Shown in pieces: positions 1 through 6,861 of a stretch of DNA of 32,000 bases. The notes under the pieces were generated by a model. It was not told the origin of the DNA. It saw nothing but the letters and a program-made list of their open reading frames with translations, and did no database searches. The stretch's first letter is position 1. Each line of letters begins with the position of its first letter. The position numbers and the translations under genes are program-made. Origin of the DNA: Xylanibacter ruminicola 23 (lineage in GTDB: Bacteria; Bacteroidota; Bacteroidia; Bacteroidales; Bacteroidaceae); NCBI RefSeq assembly GCF_000025925.1, contig NC_014033.1, forward strand, positions 2,430,001-2,462,000, in the 5' to 3' direction.

Positions 1-1037
1 CCTCTAGTAATGTTCATTCCTCCTTCTTCAATCTCACCAAGAGCACCTTCCGTTCCACACCAAGGGCATGCCTGAGTATTACCATCAGAACACATGATAT
101 TACCGCAATCGCATACTACTACTCCATATTGGTTGCCACAACACGGACATGTTGGCACTCCACGCAGTGACATCGTATTAATATTTTGGTTAGATTTACC
201 TTCACTCAAACTGTTGTAAATTTCCTCGTCAACAGGAAATGCACCAACGAGTTTATAATCAGTCGCCTTTATTCCAAGGCTTTCCAATCCGCGAATATCT
301 CCAATACGTTTAGCATATTTTACAAGATATGTTTTCTTTGTGTTTGAACACTTTCCCATAAGAACGGCAAAGTTCTCATCGACAACACACTGTTCTTCTG
401 TATTTACTTTTTCCAGGTTAATGCCATCCATCGGAGCAAGCTGTAAATCATCAATACCAGCATCTGTTACTGAAACGCTACTGGTTTTAATCGATGCTGT
501 CACCCATTTAAAGAAAGCCTTGAACGAATACTCGTCGGTCTCTTTCAATCGTAAAACATTCTCAGTAAGTTTCCCCAATAAATGGGTATCAGCATTATCT
601 CCTAATGAAATACAAACAAGATTGCACTTTTTTTGATATAGCTTTTGCCATCTTTCAATAGCAGGATTGGGATTGTCTGTAGGTGTACCATCTGTAAACA
701 GGAAGATGATTGGTTTCCAGTCTCCTTTCATTTCTGATGTAGTCTTTTGAACAGATTTCTCCATATCATCCATCAAATAATTGAGGGCAGTCCCTAAAGA
801 AGTACCACCACCAATCGGGAATTTTGGAGGATAGAACTTATATAGTTCTGTCAATGGAGATAGGCTCTTGGCCTTACCAGCAAAGGCGATGACGGACACG
901 AAAACCGTTTCAAGAGCATAAGGATCTGTCCTCAATTCCTGAATGATATTCCTCATTCCATTCTCTACTTGTGTGATGGGGTCTCCCACCATTGACTCTG
1001 ATACATCAATCAGAAAATATATTGGTAATCTTCTCAT
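1..1037 (-). CDS. TerY-like von Willebrand factor A (vWA) protein with C-terminal Cys-rich TerY-C-type module. The 3' end runs off the left edge, and the ORF is absent from the supplied ORF track.
   Basis: My own translation from the ATG at 1037..1035 gives MRRLPIYFLIDVSESMVGDPI..ALETVFVSVIAFAGKA..GDWKPIIFLFTDGTPTD..FKAFFKWVTASI. It stays open to base 1. The DxSxS MIDAS start and overall layout match the two vWA paralogs at 1045-1680 and 2245-2883. The last ~45 aa read CPCCGNQYGVVVCDCGNIMCSDGNTQACPWCG. Confidence 0.8.
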   Translation of the reverse strand, partial: MRRLPIYFLIDVSESMVGDPITQVENGMRNIIQELRTDPYALETVFVSVIAFAGKAKSLSPLTELYKFYPPKFPIGGGTSLGTALNYLMDDMEKSVQKTTSEMKGDWKPIIFLFTDGTPTDNPNPAIERWQKLYQKKCNLVCISLGDNADTHLLGKLTENVLRLKETDEYSFKAFFKWVTASIKTSSVSVTDAGIDDLQLAPMDGINLEKVNTEEQCVVDENFAVLMGKCSNTKKTYLVKYAKRIGDIRGLESLGIKATDYKLVGAFPVDEEIYNSLSEGKSNQNINTMSLRGVPTCPCCGNQYGVVVCDCGNIMCSDGNTQACPWCGTEGALGEIEEGGMNITR

Positions 1038-1044
1038 ATTTCTA

Positions 1045-1680
1045 CTAAATTACGATATTAACTTCTTCTGGTGGTCCGGGCAGTTCTATTGAATCTGTAG
1101 TACCAACGCTCTTTCCACCAAGTCCAATAACATCAGATACCCATACGAAGAACTTCTTAAAAGAAGTAGCATCCATAGTGTCAAGTCTGAATACTTGGTC
1201 TGTCAACTGCTGAAGTGGTTCAACCTTCGCTTTTGGGCCTGCTGCACAAGCTACTATACTAGCAAAATTTAAACTCTTTACTTTCGGAATAATTTGATTA
1301 TAATCTTGTACATCACTGGGTTTTCCATCTGTCAATATAAACAAAAGTGGACGCCAATCACCCTTTTGTTCTGGAGTACCCCTTTTTACCTCCACAGCAA
1401 TTTTGTCACAAAGCATTTTTAAAGCTTTACCAAGGTGCGTCGGACCTGTATCTGGAGTCAGGATATCAGGCATTTGAAGGTTTTCGAGCTCCGTAAGAGG
1501 TAGAACTTGACTTACTTCTCTATCAAAGGTAATTATACTAATACATACTGTTTCAAGAGCATATGGGTCTTGGCGCAAGGTTGCAACCATATCAGCTAGC
1601 CCTACCTTAACACTCTCTATTGGTTCACCTTTCATAGAACCACTAGTATCAATCAATATATAAACTGGTAAATGTCTCAT
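1045..1680 (-). CDS. TerY-like vWA domain protein (paralog 2)
   Basis: 211-aa ORF MRHLPVYILIDTSGSMKGEPIESV.. with a DxSxS MIDAS motif, ..GDWRPLLFILTDGKPSD.. and FKKFFVWVSDVI. It lies 7 nt upstream of the next vWA gene. Its ATG overlaps the stop of the 4-TM gene (ATGA at 1680-1677). Confidence 0.85.
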   Translation of the reverse strand: MRHLPVYILIDTSGSMKGEPIESVKVGLADMVATLRQDPYALETVCISIITFDREVSQVLPLTELENLQMPDILTPDTGPTHLGKALKMLCDKIAVEVKRGTPEQKGDWRPLLFILTDGKPSDVQDYNQIIPKVKSLNFASIVACAAGPKAKVEPLQQLTDQVFRLDTMDATSFKKFFVWVSDVIGLGGKSVGTTDSIELPGPPEEVNIVI

Positions 1681-2180
1681 GAGTCTGTTTTATAACATAT
1701 TGCAAAGCCCTCATAGGCAGCAATTCCATAAACAATTAAACTAAAGAAATCAAAATCAGCAAATGCAATTTCAAAGAAATAAGTATTGTCAATCATTGTT
1801 AATGTCTCGAAATAGGCAAGTCCTTCTTCCTGGGCTATAAAACCAACATTCGTGAAGTAATCTCCCAATACACAAGACAATAAGGCAAAAAATCCGCCAA
1901 TGAGTGAAATAGGGATTGTTCGACCTCTCCCTATAAGATGAACTACATAACCAACAGCAAAACCCGCCAAAATACCCATAATCATCCATTGCTTTTGAGC
2001 ATTTACCGTAATCAAAGCCCAGAGACTGGCAATTAAAACACTAGACAATAGTCCGGCAATAATTGCAAAAACGAGATTTCCTTCCTGCTGGGGTATATAA
2101 TTGCTGTTATCTTCAGCATTAGAAGGGACTTCCTGCCCCTCAATAACTCTATTTAGTTTTTCAAAATCGTAATTTGCCAT
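1677..2180 (-). CDS. Small integral membrane protein (about 4 predicted TM helices), uncharacterised, embedded between vWA paralogs
   Basis: 167-aa ORF with a polar N-terminus (~35 aa) followed by hydrophobic stretches (LVFAIIAGLLSSVLIASLWALI, WMIMGILAGFAVGYVVHLI, ISLIGGFFALLSCVLGDYF, FFSLIVYGIAAYEGFAI). A 4-nt ATGA overlap with the downstream vWA gene suggests translational coupling. Confidence 0.7.
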   Translation of the reverse strand: MANYDFEKLNRVIEGQEVPSNAEDNSNYIPQQEGNLVFAIIAGLLSSVLIASLWALITVNAQKQWMIMGILAGFAVGYVVHLIGRGRTIPISLIGGFFALLSCVLGDYFTNVGFIAQEEGLAYFETLTMIDNTYFFEIAFADFDFFSLIVYGIAAYEGFAICYKTDS

Positions 2181-2244
2181 ATTTCCTAATCTTTAACAAT
2201 ATGAGGATGTAACAATAGCAGGCACACCCTCATATCATCTATTA

Positions 2245-2883
2245 TCATACAACAATGTTTACCTCTGGAGGTGGCGGTGGCAACTCGCTCATAGTAGCAA
2301 CATCACCGTGAGTATCCTCAACTTTTTGGCTTCCAGTGCTGATACTTGCACTTACCCACTTGAAGAATGCCTTGATTGTAGCACTATCTGCAGTGTCAAG
2401 TTGTACCACATTCTCTGTAATTTGCTTCAAAGTGTTGGTGTTTGCACCTTGACCAGCAGCACAAGCGACCACCATACCAAACTTACGCTTTCTAAACTCA
2501 TTCAGCCCCTTCTGCAAGTCATCTGTTGGTTCTCCGTCAGTCATAATGAATACGATGGGTTTCCAGTCGCCTTTAACTTCAGCTGTTGTCTTTACAATTT
2601 CTGTATCAACTTTCTGAGCCAGTAGATTCAGCGCCTCGCCTAGGGCTGTACAGCCACTCGCATCAATTACAGGCGGTTGAAACGAAGCCAATTCGGTTAG
2701 CGGAGCTATTTGTTGAGCACTCGAATTGAAGGTAATAATACTAATGTATGCTGTTTCCAAAGCATACGGATCACTTCTCAGTGTTGAGACAAGCGTCTGA
2801 ACGCCATTCTTCACAGCCTCAATAGGTTCACCATACATGGAACCAGAGGTATCAAGCAATAAATAAACAGGTAATCTTCTCAT
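2245..2883 (-). CDS. TerY-like vWA domain protein (paralog 1)
   Basis: 212-aa ORF MRRLPVYLLLDTSGSMYGEPIEAV..ALETAYISIITF..GDWKPIVFIMTDGEPTD..FFKWVSASI. It is collinear with the other two vWA paralogs and starts 12 nt after the upstream TerD gene. Confidence 0.85.
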   Translation of the reverse strand: MRRLPVYLLLDTSGSMYGEPIEAVKNGVQTLVSTLRSDPYALETAYISIITFNSSAQQIAPLTELASFQPPVIDASGCTALGEALNLLAQKVDTEIVKTTAEVKGDWKPIVFIMTDGEPTDDLQKGLNEFRKRKFGMVVACAAGQGANTNTLKQITENVVQLDTADSATIKAFFKWVSASISTGSQKVEDTHGDVATMSELPPPPPEVNIVV

Positions 2884-2895
2884 ATTTTGTTGTCT

Positions 2896-3561
2896 TTATT
2901 TGTTATAATCCTTAGCAACTCTCGCAATCGTAAGCGCGATTGAGCGGTCTTCAAAAGCATCTCCAATAGCAGCAAACTTCCACTCGCCATTTCGACGATA
3001 GAGTTTACCCATTACTAAAGCCCTCTTTCCTACACAGTCAGTTTTAGTTGCAACGTCATATTGCGCAAAAACTTCTTTCACCTTGGTTGGTGTTCCCTCA
3101 TACATACGAATAGATGCGTAGGGTATGCCTGAGAAATCTCCCTGATAATCATTGTTGTTATATATGTTCAAGAAGAAAACAATTGAGTTAACATTACTGC
3201 TTACACGAGCAAGGTCAACTGTAATAATCTCATTATCCAAGCCATCATCACCATCTTGATCTCCGGTAAGGTCATCACCTGTATGATGAAGTGCACGGTC
3301 ATTTGAATCAAGCTTACCTTGGGGAAGTCCTATTTTTCCCAAATTATATAAGGGAGACCAAATGTGATCGACAACTTCTCCTTTTTCATTGAATAACAAG
3401 CAACTCAAGTCTAAGTCAACATCAACAGTAGTTGTTGTCATTCCAAAGAAAGCTTTCTTAGTAATAGCTCCCCAGTTACATCCAACACAAAAGTTGGTTA
3501 GTTTTGCACCACTTCCTTTTTCAAGGTTGATGCGTTGTCCTTTTTCAAGTTTAATAGCCAT
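2896..3561 (-). CDS. TerD-family protein (longer paralog)
   Basis: 221-aa ORF MAIKLEKGQRINLEKG.. with DVDLDLSCLLF, the acidic Ca-site-like motif HHTGDDLTGDQDGDDGLDNEIITVDL, and the C-terminal RRNGEWKFAAIG typical of TerD/TerE/TerZ proteins. Confidence 0.85.
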   Translation of the reverse strand: MAIKLEKGQRINLEKGSGAKLTNFCVGCNWGAITKKAFFGMTTTTVDVDLDLSCLLFNEKGEVVDHIWSPLYNLGKIGLPQGKLDSNDRALHHTGDDLTGDQDGDDGLDNEIITVDLARVSSNVNSIVFFLNIYNNNDYQGDFSGIPYASIRMYEGTPTKVKEVFAQYDVATKTDCVGKRALVMGKLYRRNGEWKFAAIGDAFEDRSIALTIARVAKDYNK

Positions 3562-3572
3562 ATCCGTTTATT

Positions 3573-4208
3573 TTAGTCCTTACTACCTGGTTTATAAGTA
3601 AATCCCCAACCATATTGACGATCACAGTCACTGTGACTATCGTGGAAAGTTACAAGTTTCTTTACCGTAATAGAATTATCTCCTCCAAAATCAAGTTCAG
3701 CTATGGCACAAAAGCGTTTGCTGCTTGATTGTTGTCCCATTTCTACAATAATATCTTCATTGCCTGGTACCTTGACCTTTACAACTGCATTTGTTTCTGC
3801 CCACTTTGCAACACCTTCAAAGATGAATGTGTAAACTACGATTCGTTTAATGTCATTCACGCCTTTAGGATTGACGAGGATGGTTTCTCCAGAGGACGAA
3901 CCTCCGCCACGATCATCACCTTGATGCCATATAAAAGGCTTTTGGTCATAACAACCTTGACGCGTTACTTGATGACGGTTACCACCACGATTACGTGAGA
4001 ACTGTAGACCATCAATAAGCATTTTAGACCCATCACGCAGTTCATAGAAACAACCTAAATCAAGGTCAACCGGATTTCCAAACATCTGCTTTAAAAAGCC
4101 TCCTTTACTCCAGTCGAGATTAATAATAATCTCACCAGAGAAAGAGGAGCAACCTTTTTCAAGATTAATCCGATGCTGGTCACCTGACTTTTCGAGGACA
4201 ATAGCCAT
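3573..4208 (-). CDS. Divergent TerD-fold paralog (TerA/TerZ-like) with a degenerate acidic motif
   Basis: 211-aa ORF MAIVLEKSGDQHRINLEKG.. with VDLDLGCFYEL. The equivalent of the Ca motif reads HQGDDRGGGSSSGETILVNP. The gene sits between two canonical TerD genes with gaps of 11 nt and 2 nt. Confidence 0.7.
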   Translation of the reverse strand: MAIVLEKSGDQHRINLEKGCSSFSGEIIINLDWSKGGFLKQMFGNPVDLDLGCFYELRDGSKMLIDGLQFSRNRGGNRHQVTRQGCYDQKPFIWHQGDDRGGGSSSGETILVNPKGVNDIKRIVVYTFIFEGVAKWAETNAVVKVKVPGNEDIIVEMGQQSSSKRFCAIAELDFGGDNSITVKKLVTFHDSHSDCDRQYGWGFTYKPGSKD

Positions 4209-4210
4209 AA

Positions 4211-4768
4211 TTACTGGTATTTATTAACCAAAGCCTGTAAACCACCCTTATTACCGATTCCCATTGCTTCAAACTTCCATTCACCATTACGACGATACAG
4301 TCGGCCAAATTCCACGGCAGTTTCAATCGAGAAGTCTTCATCAAGATCATAACGAGCGATTTCCTCATTAGTGATCGAGTTATAAATTCGGATATAAGAG
4401 TTTCTCACTTGCCCAAAGTTCTGCTTTCTTTCTTCAGCCTTGTAGATAGTGGCTGTGAAGATAATTTCCTGAACTTGAGGGTCTACTTTAGTTAGATCAA
4501 CATTCAGAGTTTCATCATCGCCACCATCGCTATTACCACCAGTAAGATCGTCACCAGTAGATTCAACCGCTCCATCAGGAGACTTTTGGTTGTTGTAAAA
4601 TACAAAGTACTCGTCCTTAGGAAGTTTTTTGTTTGCTCCCAGCATAAACGCCGAAGCATCCAAATCAAAATCAAAACCGGTACCTTCGTTGGGGTCCCAT
4701 CCGAGTCCTACACTAACTTTTGACAGACCAATTTCAATACGCTGTCCTTTTTCCAAAGATATTGCCAT
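4211..4768 (-). CDS. terD: TerD-family protein (canonical ~190-aa form)
   Basis: 185-aa ORF MAISLEKGQRIEI..GLGWDP..FDFDLDASAFML..STGDDLTGGNSDGGDDETLNVDL..FGRLYRRNGEWKFEAMG. This is the textbook TerD/TerE pattern. Confidence 0.9.
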   Translation of the reverse strand: MAISLEKGQRIEIGLSKVSVGLGWDPNEGTGFDFDLDASAFMLGANKKLPKDEYFVFYNNQKSPDGAVESTGDDLTGGNSDGGDDETLNVDLTKVDPQVQEIIFTATIYKAEERKQNFGQVRNSYIRIYNSITNEEIARYDLDEDFSIETAVEFGRLYRRNGEWKFEAMGIGNKGGLQALVNKYQ

Positions 4769-4804
4769 AATTACTTTATTATATTATAAATGTTAATTAT
4801 GGTG

Positions 4805-4812
4805 CAAATATA
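4805..4812 (-). promoter_or_regulatory. Bacteroidetes -7 box TATATTTG (TAnnTTTG) upstream of the first TerD gene
   Basis: The plus strand reads caaatata, so the minus strand reads TATATTTG, about 37 nt upstream of the ATG at 4768. Confidence 0.5.
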
Positions 4813-4891
4813 AATCAATTAATTATAAACATCTGGATTGTTGCAACCTTGCAAGTGTATATCAATAGATTGAAGAAGAATCCATGCAATA

Positions 4892-6289
4892 TTACATAGC
4901 AAGCAATCGACCCCAGAAATCAGACTCTTCGAAAGAACATACTCTTGCTGTTACAGGATCATAACACAAGCAGAGTTCTTTTGGAATAGTCACACAATAA
5001 TTACCGAACATATTACGCTGAACCAAATAGTCATCAGCCTGATTTAGCAAGTCGCCTAACTGTCGAAATTGTCTTTTAATAAGACTAATCATAGGTAGAC
5101 GATTCTCTGGCAACTCTATTTGAGGGGCTTTTGTACGTTCTCCACCAAAATTTTCATATATTATTTCATATTTTCGCTGGATAGCGGCAATACGATGTTT
5201 GTACTTATCTAAAGACTTCACCCCGTTAGGCTTATTGAAATTAATACCTCCACTTGATGACTCTAATAAAAAAAGTGCATACAAGGCTTTTTCGCGACGA
5301 TGTAAACCAGTAATTTTACTATCCGCTTCTGGCAAAAGAATATCTCCATGCATCAAATCTATTACAACACTACTTCTTATTCCTTTTTTATATATAAAAG
5401 AATCAAATATTTGCTTATAAAAACCATTATATACAAAACGTTGTTTCCCCTCGTAAACAGGATTTAGAATACGAGGTTTATACATTGAAACAAAGGTATC
5501 AACGAAACGACGAACCGCAACCAATGCTTCTTCTTCAATAGACATTACTAGGAAGTTATCAATATTTCTACCTTTAATAGAGGATATGCCTATTCTGAAC
5601 ATAATCGATGGAAGAGAATGAGCAAGACCGTCCATTTTCATCTTTCCAACGATCTCGTTCTTACAGAAATCAGATGTACTAAGTGCCATTAATTGCTTTG
5701 CAAAAAGTTCTATCTGAGCTGTTGTTGCAGAAGGGTAAAGAAAGGAAATAAGCGTATGCAAATCTTCTTGTGCTAGAGCCCTATAATGTTCACCAACTTT
5801 TGGAATATAAACAAAGTTAAATCCAATAAGTCGCAACTCATTTAATATTTCACGATAGTGAACCAATATCTCACGATTTGTTTCTTTGTAATATTCACCT
5901 TCAACATATAATACTTGTGAGTTATCAAGCTTAATATTCTCAGGTAGTTCAACGGAATAAACCATAGAATTATTTGGAAATCTTTCAGAAAGACATGACA
6001 CTATCGCAATTAAAAACAAAGCTTCCTCCCTCGAACACGCATTATCAGAAAGCACCATACCTTTAAAGTCACCCCATAAATCTTGTTTTAAGCTAACGGA
6101 GGCATCATTTAAAGTTTGAAAAGCCTCTGCTAAAGTTATCGTTTCTGCGACAACCTCATCCTCGTGCTTAATATTATATTTTTGACGAATGCAATTAAGA
6201 TATACAATTTCTTGCATATCAATGATGGCATCAGCTTTTACCATGTCAGAAACAATACGTATAATACTTGCCCTTTCTAATTGCTTCAC
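4892..6289 (-). CDS. TerB-like N-terminal domain fused to an uncharacterised C-terminal region of about 360 aa
   Basis: 465-aa ORF. The N-terminal ~105 aa show the two-half TerB-type pattern (IIRIVSDMVKADAIIDMQEIVYL ... MVLSDNACSREEALFLIAIVSCL). I do not recognise the remainder. The called start is GTG at 6289..6287 and the next in-frame ATG is at codon 16, so the 5' end is uncertain. Confidence 0.6.
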   Translation of the reverse strand: MKQLERASIIRIVSDMVKADAIIDMQEIVYLNCIRQKYNIKHEDEVVAETITLAEAFQTLNDASVSLKQDLWGDFKGMVLSDNACSREEALFLIAIVSCLSERFPNNSMVYSVELPENIKLDNSQVLYVEGEYYKETNREILVHYREILNELRLIGFNFVYIPKVGEHYRALAQEDLHTLISFLYPSATTAQIELFAKQLMALSTSDFCKNEIVGKMKMDGLAHSLPSIMFRIGISSIKGRNIDNFLVMSIEEEALVAVRRFVDTFVSMYKPRILNPVYEGKQRFVYNGFYKQIFDSFIYKKGIRSSVVIDLMHGDILLPEADSKITGLHRREKALYALFLLESSSGGINFNKPNGVKSLDKYKHRIAAIQRKYEIIYENFGGERTKAPQIELPENRLPMISLIKRQFRQLGDLLNQADDYLVQRNMFGNYCVTIPKELCLCYDPVTARVCSFEESDFWGRLLAM

Positions 6290-6294
6290 ATTAG

Positions 6295-6680
6295 TATACT
6301 ATCATCCAAGGAGAATCCCAGAACTTGGCGATTTTCTGTAATTGGTTACTACATATAAAAGAAGCGTGGGAATCTCCTTGTTACTCGTCCCACCCTCCGA
6401 GGCTCTGGCATCGCCCTAACAGTCAGAACGAGCAACGCCGAAGCCCACGCCGATATGTATATAAACACACCTTTCTGCTTGAAGCCAATAATGGCTGTCA
6501 GCATAACCGATGTAGGATATTACATACCCATGGGCGTCATTGTTGCTTTGATTCCTCGACTGTTAGTTTGGAACTGCCAGATTCCGAAAGGTCAAGTACA
6601 AAGCGTCAAGTAACGCCTATCCTATATATAGGTCTCCACCCAGAAACAGACCCACCCGCAAGCGGGGCTTCGGTATGAAG
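6295..6680 (-). ncRNA. Candidate structured RNA: a long 5' leader of the TerB-like gene or an independent ncRNA (class unknown)
   Basis: A GC-rich island sits in an AT-rich intergenic region, starting ~7 nt downstream of a minus-strand TAnnTTTG box. It contains a 9-bp long-range inverted repeat (6438-6446 ccgaagccc / 6665-6673 gggcttcgg) and a 14-bp stem with one mismatch (6307-6320 / 6367-6380). Local hairpins have CUUG/UUCG-type loops on the minus strand. The ORFs overlapping the region (6325-6678 +, 6606-6938 -) do not look protein-like. Confidence 0.35.
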
Positions 6681-6686
6681 ACACTG

Positions 6687-6694
6687 CAAAGATA
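6687..6694 (-). promoter_or_regulatory. -7 box TATCTTTG with a TTTG -33 element (6718..6715), driving the GC-rich leader/ncRNA
   Basis: Plus-strand caaagata equals minus-strand TATCTTTG. A caaa at 6715-6718 gives a TTTG 20 nt upstream, which matches the Bacteroides consensus spacing. Confidence 0.55.
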
Positions 6695-6833
6695 ACGAGT
6701 TTTTCTGAACCAAACAAACTTTTACGAGAATTTTTGGAGAAATGTGTATTTCACAAGGCTTGTGGTGCACAATCTGACATAAATTTATGCTGCAAAAAAA
6801 TGAGATTACTATTGGTGTTTTCAAATTTATATG

Positions 6834-6841
6834 TATATTTG
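6834..6841 (+). promoter_or_regulatory. -7 box TATATTTG for the divergent 302-aa gene
   Basis: TATATTTG lies 20 nt upstream of the ATG at 6862. Confidence 0.55.
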
Positions 6842-6861
6842 CGCAATAAAACTGTTTAGGG

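Noticed and set aside
340-636. Plus-strand 98-aa ORF
   Set aside because: It is antisense to the continuous vWA/TerY-C reading frame, which has clear family motifs.
6295-6680. Identity of the GC-rich element as RNase P RNA, tmRNA, SRP RNA or a group II intron domain
   Set aside because: I found no GGAAAGTCC/ACAGAA-type P4 strings and no tmRNA tag-plus-TPsiC/ACCA end. There was no SRP GGAA/AGCA motif and no domain V-like hairpin on either strand. The class remains unknown.
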